A stretch of DNA of 64,000 nt from an uncultured Oribacterium sp. (GTDB lineage Bacteria > Bacillota > Clostridia > Lachnospirales > Lachnospiraceae): positions 6,515-70,514 of the forward strand of contig CALAOB010000098.1 in NCBI GenBank assembly GCA_937927445.1, given 5' to 3'. Both the position numbers and the translations under genes were made by a program. The notes under the pieces were generated by a model. It had not been told where the DNA came from. It worked only from the letters and a program-made list of their open reading frames with translations, and made no database searches. Shown piece after piece: positions 34,286-44,502 of this stretch (its first letter is position 1; each line of letters starts with the position of its first letter).

Positions 34286-34900
34286 TCACGCCTGTGTCTC
34301 CGGGGTTTCCGGTGCATCCATGATCTCGTCGATGATCGCATAGATGTTCTCGAGCCCCTGCTTCGACTGGGAGGAGAACGGGATCATCGTGCAGTTTTCC
34401 GTCGCGTGCAGGGCCTTGCGGATCGCGGCGGTCTGCTTCTTGATCTGTGAGCGGTTGATCTTATCCATCTTCGTCAGGATAACGATCGGCTCGAAGCCGG
34501 TAACCTGGGTCACGTAGTCGAACATCTGGATGTCAAGCTTCGACGGATCGTGACGGATATCCACGAAAAGGATCACTTCTTCGATATCATCCGAGGTCTC
34601 GAGATAGCGGTTGATCATACGTCCCCACTTCTCCTGCTCGACCGCACCGGTGGAGGCATAGCCGTAGCCCGGAAGATCGACGAGGTAGAATCGATCATTG
34701 ATATTATAGAAGTTGATCGTACGTGTCTTACCCGGTGTCGAGCTCGTACGGGCGAAGTTCTTACGATTGACGAAGGCATTGATAAAGGAGGACTTTCCGA
34801 CGTTGGATCGTCCCGCCATGACAAATTCAGGTTTTCCGGTCTTCGGAAGCTCGGATTTTACGCCCAGCACTCTCTCCAGATCTACAGAAGTGATCTTCAT
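34286..34900 (-). CDS. engB: ribosome biogenesis GTPase YsxC/EngB
   Basis: G1 motif GRSNVGKSS, then TPGKTRTINFY and DLPGYGYA. Confidence 0.92.
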   Translation of the reverse strand: MKITSVDLERVLGVKSELPKTGKPEFVMAGRSNVGKSSFINAFVNRKNFARTSSTPGKTRTINFYNINDRFYLVDLPGYGYASTGAVEQEKWGRMINRYLETSDDIEEVILFVDIRHDPSKLDIQMFDYVTQVTGFEPIVILTKMDKINRSQIKKQTAAIRKALHATENCTMIPFSSQSKQGLENIYAIIDEIMDAPETPETQA

Positions 34901-34950
34901 GGAATCTCCTTTTCTTAGTGACGATGTGTATGTGACGATATCAATGGTTC

Positions 34951-34986
34951 AGTAAACCCGGTCGGCACGTGACCGATCGGGTTTAC
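34951..34986. other. 15-bp hairpin between clpX and engB (agtaaacccggtcgg / ccgatcgggtttact)
   Basis: Inverted repeat read directly from the sequence. No U-tract. Confidence 0.35.
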
Positions 34987-34992
34987 TCAGAC

Positions 34993-36267
34993 TCATACAG
35001 CCGTGTCGGTGGCATCTGCATGCTGGGCTGCTTTCTTTTCCTTACGTGTGATGATCGGTTCCCCGCTTCCCTTCACCACATCCTCCGTGATCTCCACGCT
35101 CTGGATGTCCGGCTCAGACGGAATCTCATACATGATGTCCATCATCATGTCTTCCATGATGGAGCGGAGTCCTCTGGCACCGGTCTTGCGCTCCGCTGCC
35201 TTCTCGGCGATGGCGGTGACCGCCTCATTCGTGAATCGGAGCTCGACGCCGTCGATCTCAAACAGCTTCTGATACTGCTTCACGAGCGCGTTCTTTGGGG
35301 TCGTCAGAATGCGCTTCAGGGTCGTCGCATCATGGGACTGCAGGGTGACGTCGACCGGCACTCGTCCGATAAACTCCGGGATGAGACCGAAGCGCACGAG
35401 GTCCTCCGGCTGTACCTGACGAAGGATGTCATCGTAGTTGTCACGATTCTTCTCGACGATATCGGCACCGAAGCCCATCGATCCGGAAGCGACACGCTTC
35501 TCGATGATGTGCTCGAGTCCGTCAAATGCACCACCGCAGATGAACAGAATGTTCGTCGTATCGATCTGGATAAGCTCCTGCTGCGGGTGCTTTCGTCCGC
35601 CCTGAGGTGGTACCGAAGCGACGGTTCCCTCGAGGATCTTCAGCAGTGCCTGCTGAACGCCCTCACCGGAAACATCACGGGTGATGGAGACATTCTCCGA
35701 CTTCTTCGTGATCTTATCGATCTCATCGATATAGATGATACCAATCTCTGCACGCTTGATATCATAGTCTGCCGCCTGAATCAGCTTCAGGAGGATGTTC
35801 TCGACATCCTCGCCGACATAGCCGGCTTCGGTGAGCGCGGTCGCATCGGCGATTGCGAACGGAACACCGAGAATGCGGGCCAGGGTCTGTGCCAAGTAGG
35901 TCTTACCGGTACCGGTCGGTCCGATCATCAGGATGTTCGACTTCTGCACATCGATATCCTTGATTTTCGAGGTGATGCGCTTGTAGTGGTTATAGACCGC
36001 GACAGACAGTACTTTCTTCGCCTCATCCTGTCCGATCACATATTCATCGAGGAAATCATGGATCTCCTTCGGCTTCAGAAGATGGATGTCCGAGGTGTCG
36101 CTGTCCTCTCTGAAATCGCCGTTCTGCTCGTTCAGGATTTCCTCGCAGAGCTCGACGCACTCGTCACAGATATAATTATTATTTAAACCGGCGATGAGCT
36201 TATGGACCTGCTTCGCTGATTTACCGCAGAAAGAGCAGCGGATTTTGTCGTCTGGTTTCATTTGCAT
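34993..36267 (-). CDS. clpX: ATP-dependent Clp protease ATP-binding subunit ClpX
   Basis: Start [16 protein letters not shown] (zinc finger) with a GAGAGGA SD. Walker A GPTGTGKT. 424 aa. Confidence 0.93.
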   Translation of the reverse strand: MQMKPDDKIRCSFCGKSAKQVHKLIAGLNNNYICDECVELCEEILNEQNGDFREDSDTSDIHLLKPKEIHDFLDEYVIGQDEAKKVLSVAVYNHYKRITSKIKDIDVQKSNILMIGPTGTGKTYLAQTLARILGVPFAIADATALTEAGYVGEDVENILLKLIQAADYDIKRAEIGIIYIDEIDKITKKSENVSITRDVSGEGVQQALLKILEGTVASVPPQGGRKHPQQELIQIDTTNILFICGGAFDGLEHIIEKRVASGSMGFGADIVEKNRDNYDDILRQVQPEDLVRFGLIPEFIGRVPVDVTLQSHDATTLKRILTTPKNALVKQYQKLFEIDGVELRFTNEAVTAIAEKAAERKTGARGLRSIMEDMMMDIMYEIPSEPDIQSVEITEDVVKGSGEPIITRKEKKAAQHADATDTAV

Positions 36268-36316
36268 GAATTCAGTCCTCTCGTTCTGGTTAGTCTGGTA
36301 ATGCTGGTACCGGTAC

Positions 36317-36940
36317 TCAGTTCCGTACCTCAGCTGCTTCGCGTGATTCGAAGATATGATCAACGATGCCGTACTCCAGCGCCTGCTGAGCGGTCATCCA
36401 GTGATCACGCTCGGTATCCTCCATCACCTTCTCCACCGGCTGTCCGCAGTTGGCTGCGAGGATCTCTGCCATGTGCTTCTTTGTACGAAGGATCCACTCT
36501 GCTGTGATCTGGATTTCCGTCGCCTGGCCCTGTGCACCGCCGGACGGCTGATGAATCATAACCTCAGCATTCGGAAGGATCATACGCTTGCCCTTCGTAC
36601 CGCCAGCCAGAAGGAAGGCACCCATCGAAGCGGCCATGCCGACGCAGATGGTGGATACGTCACACTTGATATAACGCATGGTATCGTAGATCGCCATACC
36701 GTCCGTGATGACACCACCCGGGCTGTTGATGTACAGGCTGATGTCCTTATCCGGATCCTCGGACTCGAGGTACAGAAGCTGTGCCACGACGAGGGAAGCG
36801 GTATCATGGTTTACCTCGTCCCCGAGGAAGATGATACGCTCGTTCAGCAGACGGGAGAAGATGTCGTAGGAACGCTCTCCTCTGGATGTCGACTGAATGA
36901 CATACGGAATCGTTGTAATATCTCTAGGTGTTAAATTCAT
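36317..36940 (-). CDS. clpP: ATP-dependent Clp protease proteolytic subunit ClpP
   Basis: 207 aa with the catalytic-Ser context GMAASMGAF and the [13 protein letters not shown] motif. Confidence 0.95.
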   Translation of the reverse strand: MNLTPRDITTIPYVIQSTSRGERSYDIFSRLLNERIIFLGDEVNHDTASLVVAQLLYLESEDPDKDISLYINSPGGVITDGMAIYDTMRYIKCDVSTICVGMAASMGAFLLAGGTKGKRMILPNAEVMIHQPSGGAQGQATEIQITAEWILRTKKHMAEILAANCGQPVEKVMEDTERDHWMTAQQALEYGIVDHIFESREAAEVRN

Positions 36941-36966
36941 AATGAAACCTCCATATGGGTTTTCTG

Positions 36967-36997
36967 TAAAAAAGGCGGTGCAGTTACCTGCACCGCC
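36967..36997 (-). terminator. rho-independent terminator of tig
   Basis: GGCGGUGCAG-GUAA-CUGCACCGCC followed by UUUUUUA. Confidence 0.85.
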
Positions 36998-37033
36998 AGA
37001 AATCTTTAAACCTTCGATGAAGCGATACAGGAA

Positions 37034-38371
37034 TTACTCCTCTGTCTTCTCCTCGTCCTCAGCAGCCTTCTTGGACTTCTTCTCTGCCTTTACAAGGTTC
37101 GCCTCAGCTACGAGCATATCGATGGTCTCCTGGAAAGCGATCTCTCTCTTCATGCTCTCCTTCTGCTCCTCAGAAACAGTCTTCTTGAGATCATCATACT
37201 CCATCTTGTACTGCTCTGCGATCTTCTTGAACTCCTCATCTACGCGCTCATCAGCGACGGTGATGTTCTCCTTCTCCATGATCGCTTCGATAACGAGGGA
37301 AGTCTTGAGATTCTTCTCAGCACTCTCCTTCATCTGCTCCTTGATCTGCTCTACGGTCTGGCCGGTGATCTGGAGATACTGATCCATCGGGATACCCTGC
37401 TGAGCAAGTCTGGTCTGGTAATCATAGAGCATGTTGTCCAGCTGAGCCTCAAGCATCGGTGCCGGAATCTCTACGGAAGCGTTCTCAACAACCTTCGCGA
37501 TGACGTTTCTCTCATTGGTTGTGGTTGCAGCCTTCTCCTTCTCCTCCTTCAGGGTCTTCTTCAGATCCTTCTTATACTCGTCGAGGGTATCGAACTCGGA
37601 AACCTCGGAAGCGAACTCATCATCAGCAGCCGGAACCTGCTTCTCCTTGACAGCCTTGATGGTGGTTACGAAAAGTGCTTCCTTACCTGCGAGATCCTTT
37701 GCGCCGTAGTTCTCCGGGAAGGTAACCTTTACATCGACAGTCTCACCAGCCTTGTGGCCGATCAGCTGATCCTCGAAGCCCGGGATGAAGGTGCCGGAAC
37801 CGATGGTCAGCGGGTAATCCTCGCCCTTACCACCTTCGAACTCAACGCCATCTACGGAGCCCACGAAATCGATGGTTGCGATATCATCCTTCTTGATCTC
37901 ACGCTCAACCTCAACGACACGTGCATTCTTCTCGAGCTCAGCAGCGAGCTTCTCGTTTACTTCCTTTGCGCTTACCGTGGTCTCCGCCTTCTCTACCGTA
38001 ACGCCCTTATACTCACCGAGGGTAACCTCTGGCTTTACAGCAACGGTTGCTGTGTAGATCACGTTCTGATCCATACCGATCTGCTCTACGCCGATCTCCG
38101 GTCTGGAAACGATCTCGAGGCCGGACTCCTTCGCAGCCTCCGGATAGGTCTTATCAAGAATCTCATTGAGCGCATCCTCGAAGAATACCTGTGGTCCGTA
38201 CATCTTCATGATCATCTCCTTCGGTGCCTTGCCCTTACGGAAACCAGGAAGATTGAACTTGTTACGGTTCTTCTTGTATGCTACATCGATGGCCTTTAAA
38301 AACTCAGCATTGTCCACCTCAACGGTCAGCTTAGCCATATTCTTCTCAAGATTTTCAACTTTAACGCTCAT
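37034..38371 (-). CDS. tig: trigger factor
   Basis: Start MSVKVENLEKNMAKLTVEV with a GGAGG SD. Has an FKBP-type middle domain. 445 aa. Confidence 0.93.
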   Translation of the reverse strand: MSVKVENLEKNMAKLTVEVDNAEFLKAIDVAYKKNRNKFNLPGFRKGKAPKEMIMKMYGPQVFFEDALNEILDKTYPEAAKESGLEIVSRPEIGVEQIGMDQNVIYTATVAVKPEVTLGEYKGVTVEKAETTVSAKEVNEKLAAELEKNARVVEVEREIKKDDIATIDFVGSVDGVEFEGGKGEDYPLTIGSGTFIPGFEDQLIGHKAGETVDVKVTFPENYGAKDLAGKEALFVTTIKAVKEKQVPAADDEFASEVSEFDTLDEYKKDLKKTLKEEKEKAATTTNERNVIAKVVENASVEIPAPMLEAQLDNMLYDYQTRLAQQGIPMDQYLQITGQTVEQIKEQMKESAEKNLKTSLVIEAIMEKENITVADERVDEEFKKIAEQYKMEYDDLKKTVSEEQKESMKREIAFQETIDMLVAEANLVKAEKKSKKAAEDEEKTEE

Positions 38372-38465
38372 TAAGAGTACCTCCGAAACTTTCGTTTTAT
38401 ATATTATGCAAACGCACAGGGGAAATGCGCATACTTCTCCCATGAGTCAGCATATCCGATGAAAG

Positions 38466-38494
38466 ATTATAGCACGTAAAAAAGTCCCACGCAA
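38466..38494 (-). promoter_or_regulatory. candidate tig promoter (TTGCGT-17-TATAAT, TG-extended)
   Basis: Hexamers with a 17-nt spacer just downstream of the rpsA terminator. Confidence 0.55.
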
Positions 38495-38501
38495 GGATTT
38501 T

Positions 38502-38536
38502 AAAAAAAGAGAGCCGGACATTTCTGTCCGACCCTC
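38502..38536 (-). terminator. rho-independent terminator of rpsA
   Basis: GAGGGUCGGACA-GAAA-UGUCCGGCUCUC followed by UUUUUUU. Confidence 0.85.
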
Positions 38537-38548
38537 TGTCTATGCGGA

Positions 38549-39685
38549 TTACTCCTCGTCTACGCGCTCAGCCTCAGCCTTGCCTACAGCCTCGATGTCA
38601 ACATCTGCAACATCGAGATCTTCCTTGCGCTCCGGCTCGGAAAGAGCCTTCATGCTCAGGGAAATCTTGTGGCTGTCTACGTCGAGATCGACGATCTTCG
38701 CCTCGATCTCCTGACCAACCTCGAGAACGTCTGATGGCTTGTTCACGTGATCTCTGGAAATCTGAGATACATGAAGAAGTGCATCGATGCCCTTCTCAAG
38801 CTCTACGAATGCGCCGAAGTCTGTCATACGTGCAACCTTGCCGCTTACAACAGTACCAACAGCGAACTTGGTCTCTGCATCCTTCCACGGGTTCTCATCC
38901 GGGAACTTACGTGTAAGAGCGATTCTCTCACCGTTGATTTCCTTAACAAGTACCTTAACCTCCTGGCCGGACTTGAAAAGCTTCTTCGGGTTCTCGATAC
39001 GACCCCAGGACATCTCGGAGATATGAAGGAGACCATCAGCGCCACCGAGATCGATGAATGCACCGAAATCAGTAAGGTTCTTAACAACACCGGTACGAAC
39101 ATCGCCGACCTGAAGCTCGCTGAAGAGCTTGTCGTGCTGCTCCTTCTTCGTAGCGGCCATAAGCTGCTTACGATCACCGATGACTCTGCGCTTCATCGGA
39201 TTGAACTCAGTGATCACAAACTGGATATCCTGACCCTGATACTTGGTGAGATCTCTCTCGAAGGTATCAGATACGAGGGATGCAGGGATAAATACACGTG
39301 CACCATTTACCTCAACATTCAGGCCGCCCTTGACAACCTGAACAACCTTGCCGGTAAGAACGGTCTGGTTCTCAAATGCATCCTTAAGCTCCTCGGAAGC
39401 CTTGGAAGCAAGTGCCTCTCTGTGGGAAAGAACAACCTGTCCCTCTCCATCGTTAACCTTCTTTACCTTGCACTCGATTTCATCGCCGACATTGACTACT
39501 GTGGTGAGGTCTACAGTGTTATCTGCGCTGTAATCACTTCTGGTCATGATACCATCGGACTTGTACCCAATGTTGAGTGCAATCTCGTCAGGCTTTACAC
39601 TAATAACCTTACCAGTAACAATCTCCCCTGCATGAATAGACTTTAATGATGCGTCAAGCATCTGTTCAAAACTCATCTCTGACAT
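38549..39685 (-). CDS. rpsA: 30S ribosomal protein S1 (four S1 domains)
   Basis: Start MSEMSFEQML with GAGGAGG 9 nt upstream. Repeated S1 motifs. Overlaps the ispH 3' end by 20 nt. Confidence 0.9.
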   Translation of the reverse strand: MSEMSFEQMLDASLKSIHAGEIVTGKVISVKPDEIALNIGYKSDGIMTRSDYSADNTVDLTTVVNVGDEIECKVKKVNDGEGQVVLSHREALASKASEELKDAFENQTVLTGKVVQVVKGGLNVEVNGARVFIPASLVSDTFERDLTKYQGQDIQFVITEFNPMKRRVIGDRKQLMAATKKEQHDKLFSELQVGDVRTGVVKNLTDFGAFIDLGGADGLLHISEMSWGRIENPKKLFKSGQEVKVLVKEINGERIALTRKFPDENPWKDAETKFAVGTVVSGKVARMTDFGAFVELEKGIDALLHVSQISRDHVNKPSDVLEVGQEIEAKIVDLDVDSHKISLSMKALSEPERKEDLDVADVDIEAVGKAEAERVDEE

Positions 39686-40538
39686 AATTTTGAACCTCCT
39701 CAATAATTTCTTTCGGGGTGCTTGCCCCAGCTGTAATACCTACGTTTTGAACCGCTTCATCCTGAACGAAGTTAAGATCTCCAACCGTTTGTATCAACTG
39801 GGTGTTACGACACTGGTCTTTACAAATCTCAAAAAGTTTCTTCGTGTTGGAGGAACTGCGCCCTCCAATGACAATCATCGCGTCGGACTGTTTCGCCAGT
39901 TCCTTCGCTTCCGACTGTCGCTCAAACGTTGCGTTGCAAATCGTATTAATAGCATTAACATAATAATGCTTTTTTTTCAAAATATCAATAATTAGTTTGA
40001 ATTTATCGATATTAAACGTGGTTTGTGACACAACAACCACGCTTCTGCCCTCTCCGTTTGGTAATTTTTCAGCGGTTTCGATGTCCGGAATCGCTGAAAT
40101 GACGCCTTCCGCCCAGCCCATGATCCCGACGACCTCCGGGTGCTCCGGATTTCCGGTCACGAAGACCTCCTCTCCGGCCGCGGTGTGCTGCTGCACGAGG
40201 CGCTGGATCTTCTGGACAAAGGGACACGAAGCATCGACGGCTTCGACCCTCTGCTTTTCGAGCAGCTCGTAGATGTGCTTCGGCACCCCGTGCGCACGGA
40301 TGATGACGATACCATCGCGGAGCGTCGCAAGCTCCTCCTCGGATTCGAGCACCTGTACGCCCTCTGCGGCGAGCTTCTGAATCACGGTTTCGTTATGCAC
40401 GATCGGTCCGTAGGTATAGATCGAACGCTGTTCCTCGGCCGATTTTCCATGCTCCTCCTCGAGCACGCGGTAAACGGTATCGACCGCGCGCTGTACGCCG
40501 AAGCAGAAGCCGGCGGTTTTCGCAAGTGTGACCTTCAT
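39666..40538 (-). CDS. ispH: 4-hydroxy-3-methylbut-2-enyl diphosphate reductase
   Basis: 290 aa. MKVTLAKTAGFCFGVQRAV is the typical LytB N-terminus with a conserved Cys. Confidence 0.92.
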   Translation of the reverse strand: MKVTLAKTAGFCFGVQRAVDTVYRVLEEEHGKSAEEQRSIYTYGPIVHNETVIQKLAAEGVQVLESEEELATLRDGIVIIRAHGVPKHIYELLEKQRVEAVDASCPFVQKIQRLVQQHTAAGEEVFVTGNPEHPEVVGIMGWAEGVISAIPDIETAEKLPNGEGRSVVVVSQTTFNIDKFKLIIDILKKKHYYVNAINTICNATFERQSEAKELAKQSDAMIVIGGRSSSNTKKLFEICKDQCRNTQLIQTVGDLNFVQDEAVQNVGITAGASTPKEIIEEVQNYVRDEF

Positions 40539-40548
40539 AGCGCTGTCC

Positions 40549-41214
40549 TCAGTGCTGCATGCAGATCTCGAGGATGCGGTCGATCGTCTCGTCGATGGTC
40601 AGCGTCGAGCTGTCGACGAGCACCGCCTCCGGCACCTGGATGAGCGGGGAATGCTGACGGTGCATATCACGGTCATCCCGCGCGCGGATCTCGGCCTCGA
40701 CCTCGGCGATGTCACAGGCCTCGCCTTTTTCACGCAGCTCGTTCGCACGGCGACGTGCACGCTCCTCGACCGACGCGGTGAGATAAATCTTCGTATCTGC
40801 GTTCGGAAGCACCTTCGACGCGATATCCCGGCCATCCATCACGACCGAGGTATGCTCCGCAAGGCTCTGCTGCAGCTTCACCATCTTCTCCCGCACGGCC
40901 GGATACTGGGACACCGTGGATGCGGCATCGCCGACCTGCTGGGTACGAATCCGGGTGGAGACATTGACGCCGTTCAGGAAGACCTGCTGAGCGCCTTCCT
41001 CATCATAGGCGATCGTGATGTCGATGTCGCGCACCGCCTCCGAGACGCGCGCCTCATCCTCGAGGGCGATGGCCTCGTTGAGACAGAAGAGACCGACGGC
41101 ACGGTACATGGCACCGGTATCGATATAAACATAGCCGAGTTCGCGCGCTACGGCCTTCGCAATCGTTGACTTGCCGGCACCTGCCGGACCGTCGATGGCA
41201 ATACTATATGGCAT
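40549..41214 (-). CDS. cmk: cytidylate kinase
   Basis: Start MPYSIAIDGPAGAGKST with a GAAGGAGG SD. Confidence 0.92.
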   Translation of the reverse strand: MPYSIAIDGPAGAGKSTIAKAVARELGYVYIDTGAMYRAVGLFCLNEAIALEDEARVSEAVRDIDITIAYDEEGAQQVFLNGVNVSTRIRTQQVGDAASTVSQYPAVREKMVKLQQSLAEHTSVVMDGRDIASKVLPNADTKIYLTASVEERARRRANELREKGEACDIAEVEAEIRARDDRDMHRQHSPLIQVPEAVLVDSSTLTIDETIDRILEICMQH

Positions 41215-41246
41215 AACAGCCTCCTTCAAATATTATTTGATGCAGT

Positions 41247-42521
41247 TCATGAATCCAGTGCTTTGGCGGCGGACTTTCCGGCGAGGTGGCCGGTGGAGAA
41301 GGCCATCTGCATGTTGAAGCCGCCGGTGTAGCCGTCGACGTCGATGACCTCGCCGGCGAAGTACAGTCCCTTCACCTTTTTCGCCTCCATCGTTTTCGGA
41401 TTCAGCTCCTTCACCGAGACGCCGCCCTGGGTGACGATGGCCTCCTTGAAGCTGCCGGTGCCGCGGATCGTGAAGTTGAAATCCCGGATGAGAGCCGCGA
41501 TCTTCTTCCGTGTCTCGCGGTCGACCTCGGTGACCTTCCGGTTGATGTCGACGCCCTGGGCGGCGAGTCGTGCCGTGAAGACCGGAATCAGCTGCGCCGG
41601 GAGCAGTTCAGAAAACGCATTCCGGAGCTCCTTGTTCCGATAGGTATCGAAATCCCGGAGCAGGCGACGGTCGAGGTCCGCATCCTCCAGCGCCGGCTTC
41701 AGGTCGATGTGCACGGTGAGGAGTTTCCACTTTTTATGGTCGGAAGCATTGACCAGCTTCGTGACGACGGCGGATGCCGAGATGATCACCGGACCACGCA
41801 GTCCGCTCTCCATGAACTCGAGCTCGCCGAAGTCCCGGTAGTAGCTCTTTCCATCCTCGTCGCGGATATCGATCGCGATGTTCCGGAGGCTAAGCCCTTT
41901 CAGACGGTAGGCATCCGGCTCATGCACCTCGAGGGCGACGAGGGAAGGATAGGTTTCCGTCACCTTGAGGCCCGCCTCCTCGGCGAAACGGTAGCCATCC
42001 CCGGTCGAACCGGTCGACGGATAACTGCGGCCACCGGTCGCAACGATCACCGCATCCGCCGGACAGAAGCCACGATCTGTCACCACACCACGAACCTGTC
42101 CGTCCCGAAGCTCAATCTTCTTCACCTCGGTCTTATAGCGGATCTCGACGCCGAGCTTCTTTATATAGTGCTTCAGCGCATCCGTGATGCTGTAGGCATG
42201 ATCCGACACCGGGAAGACACGGTCACCACGCTCGACCTTCGTCCGGCAGCCGTGGGCCTCCAGCAGATCGATCGTATCCTGATTCGTGAAGTCGTACAGC
42301 GCCGAGTACAGAAACCGCGGATTCGTCACATACTGCGGAAAGAAATCCTCGATGGCCGCCGCATTCGTCAGATTCCCGCGGCCCTTTCCCGTGATAAAGA
42401 TCTTCTTCCCGAGCTTATCATTCTTTTCTATTAAAATCACGTCGGCAGCCGCCGCTGTTTCCTTCGCCGCAATTGCCGCCATCAGTCCGGCAGCCCCGCC
42501 GCCGATCACAAAAATTCTCAT
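41247..42521 (-). CDS. NAD(P)/FAD-dependent oxidoreductase, HI0933/YhiN/BaiN family
   Basis: 424 aa with the dinucleotide fold MRIFVIGGGAAGLMAAI and a family-typical length. Confidence 0.8.
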   Translation of the reverse strand: MRIFVIGGGAAGLMAAIAAKETAAAADVILIEKNDKLGKKIFITGKGRGNLTNAAAIEDFFPQYVTNPRFLYSALYDFTNQDTIDLLEAHGCRTKVERGDRVFPVSDHAYSITDALKHYIKKLGVEIRYKTEVKKIELRDGQVRGVVTDRGFCPADAVIVATGGRSYPSTGSTGDGYRFAEEAGLKVTETYPSLVALEVHEPDAYRLKGLSLRNIAIDIRDEDGKSYYRDFGELEFMESGLRGPVIISASAVVTKLVNASDHKKWKLLTVHIDLKPALEDADLDRRLLRDFDTYRNKELRNAFSELLPAQLIPVFTARLAAQGVDINRKVTEVDRETRKKIAALIRDFNFTIRGTGSFKEAIVTQGGVSVKELNPKTMEAKKVKGLYFAGEVIDVDGYTGGFNMQMAFSTGHLAGKSAAKALDS

Positions 42522-42571
42522 CGTTTTATCCTCGCTCCGCGCATTATATCATATGTCCGGGCATGATAAAA

Positions 42572-42794
42572 GTCCCGGAGAGTCGTCATTGAAAACACAG
42601 TACTACGAGTTCGGAAGACTCTAAAATTGTCCCCTTAAGAACCAGTAGGCTCTCTGCAAACGACGGAGTTTTCTTTAGGAAAACTCCGTGTTGCAGAGAG
42701 TGCTAAGGAAAAATTACTCCAACTGGTTCTAAGGGGGACAATTTTGATTCTTCACGAACTCTACGTATGGCTTTCAATGACGACTCTCCGGGAC
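42572..42794 (+). repeat. long imperfect palindrome, copy B (about 223 bp)
   Basis: Terminal arms gtcccggagagtcgtcattgaaa / tttcaatgacgactctccgggac are perfect complements. Same core and bulge as copy A. Confidence 0.9.
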
Positions 42795-42812
42795 TTTATA
42801 AGAACAGTCAAA

Positions 42813-44132
42813 TCATTTCGCGCTCATGACGAACATTTTATAAATAGCACGGATGGCCTTCTCGAAGTCCTCGTTCCGTACACCGATGATGATGTTGTAC
42901 TCGCTGGAGCCCTGGTCGATCATCTTGATGTTGATGTACTCATGGGCGAGCGCAGAGAACACTCTGCCGGCCACACCACGGGATGACTTCATGCCACGTC
43001 CGACGACCGCGATCAGCGCAATGTCCGACTCAAGCTCGATGAGGTCCGGATTCACGGCACGCTGGATGCCGTTCAGGATCTTCTGCTCGCAGTGCTCAAG
43101 CTCCTCCTGATGAATGACGAGGGTCATCGTATCGATACCGGACGGGATGTGCTCGAAGGAAATGTTGTTGTCCTCGAGGACAGAAAGAAGCTTACGTGCG
43201 AAGCCGATCTCCGAGTTCATCATCGCCTTCTCGATGTTGATCGCGCAGAAGTCCTTCTTACCGCTGACACCGGTGATGATGAAGCGCGGCTTCTTCAGCG
43301 TGTTCTGCACGATGAGCGTACCATGGTCCTCCGGACGATTCGTGTTCTTGATCTGAATCGGGATCCCCTCACGGCGTACCGGGAAGATCGCATCCTCATG
43401 AAGCACACCGGCACCCATGTAGCTCAACTCACGAAGCTCACGGTAGGTGATGTAATCGATGACCTCCGGATTCGGTACGATGCGCGGATCTGCGACGAGG
43501 AAGCCGGATACATCGGTCCAGTTCTCATAGAGATTGACGTGCTCCGCCGCTGCAATCAGGGAGCCGGTCACATCCGAGCCGCCACGACTGAAGGTAACGA
43601 CCTCACCCTTTTCATTGGCACCATAGAAACCCGGGAATACAGCATAATCGATATCCTTCAGTGCTGCACGGATACCCTCTTCCGTCTTCTGATAGTCACA
43701 GCTCCGGTCCTCCTTGAAGACGAAGCAGCTTGCAGAATCGATGAAGCTGAAGCCGAGGTAGGCTGCCATCAGCTTCGCATTCAGGAACTCACCACGCGAA
43801 GCCGCGTAGTCGCGGTCTGCACCCGCCTTGAGATCCTGCTCGATCCGATCGAAATCCGAAGCTAGGCTGAACTGGAGCTCGAGTCCATCGATGATCTCCT
43901 GATAACGATCCTTGATCGTCTGGAGCGTCTCCTGAAACTTCTTCTCATCTGCAACCGCATCCTGGAGACGATAGAGAAGATCGGTTACCTTCGTATCGCC
44001 GGAAGCCCGCTTACCCGGTGCCGAAACCACGATATAGTGTCTCGACTTATCAGAAAGAACGATGTCCTTTACTTTTCTGAACTGTTCCGCGGAGGCGCAG
44101 GAGCTTCCGCCAAATTTTGCAACCTTGATCAT
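42813..44132 (-). CDS. aspartate kinase
   Basis: 439 aa. N-terminus MIKVAKFGGSS, with C-terminal ACT domains. Confidence 0.92.
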   Translation of the reverse strand: MIKVAKFGGSSCASAEQFRKVKDIVLSDKSRHYIVVSAPGKRASGDTKVTDLLYRLQDAVADEKKFQETLQTIKDRYQEIIDGLELQFSLASDFDRIEQDLKAGADRDYAASRGEFLNAKLMAAYLGFSFIDSASCFVFKEDRSCDYQKTEEGIRAALKDIDYAVFPGFYGANEKGEVVTFSRGGSDVTGSLIAAAEHVNLYENWTDVSGFLVADPRIVPNPEVIDYITYRELRELSYMGAGVLHEDAIFPVRREGIPIQIKNTNRPEDHGTLIVQNTLKKPRFIITGVSGKKDFCAINIEKAMMNSEIGFARKLLSVLEDNNISFEHIPSGIDTMTLVIHQEELEHCEQKILNGIQRAVNPDLIELESDIALIAVVGRGMKSSRGVAGRVFSALAHEYINIKMIDQGSSEYNIIIGVRNEDFEKAIRAIYKMFVMSAK

Positions 44133-44167
44133 TTCGTACTCCCTTTCAAATCTGGCATATTTTTCGG

Positions 44168-44196
44168 ATTATAGCATCGTGCTTCAAAATACTCAA
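44168..44196 (-). promoter_or_regulatory. candidate aspartate-kinase promoter (TTGAGT-17-TATAAT, TG-extended)
   Basis: Hexamers with a 17-nt spacer. Leaves only about a 30-nt leader. Confidence 0.6.
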
Positions 44197-44250
44197 TATA
44201 ATTAATACTCATGAGAACCATATCAGGGCGTCGGAATCATAACTGTGAAG

Positions 44251-44485
44251 TGAAGAAGGCCCGGAGGATCGACGACCGAAGCCATACGTAGAGACCGTGT
44301 AAAATCAAGCCGGGTCCCCTTAGCGGCACTTGGTACTATTTTCCTTAGCACCCTCTGCAACGCTGAGTTTTCATAAAGAAAACTCAGCGATTGCAGAGGG
44401 CCTAGTGCCGCTTAGGGTCCCCGGCTTAGATTTTACCAGTCTCGGAGTACTGTGCTTCGGTTGACGATCCTCCGGGCCTTCTTCA
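44251..44485 (-). repeat. long imperfect palindrome, copy C (about 235 bp, inverted relative to A and B)
   Basis: Terminal arms tgaagaaggcccggaggatcg / cgatcctccgggccttcttca are perfect complements. The reverse complement of the core aligns with A and B, including the aaggaaaa bulge. Confidence 0.9.
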
Positions 44486-44502
44486 TGTATTTAAACTCTT
44501 AT

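Noticed and set aside
44133-44250. Lysine riboswitch (L-box) upstream of aspartate kinase
   Set aside because: The promoter-to-ATG distance is about 30 nt. No L-box helices are visible. The large structure further upstream is repeat copy C.
32002-44485. Palindromic repeats as a CRISPR array, rRNA/tmRNA fragments or a retron ncRNA
   Set aside because: The copies are about 220-235 bp and are neither regularly spaced nor separated by spacers. They are dispersed among housekeeping genes, and no cas or reverse-transcriptase gene is nearby. No rRNA-like sequence was recognised.
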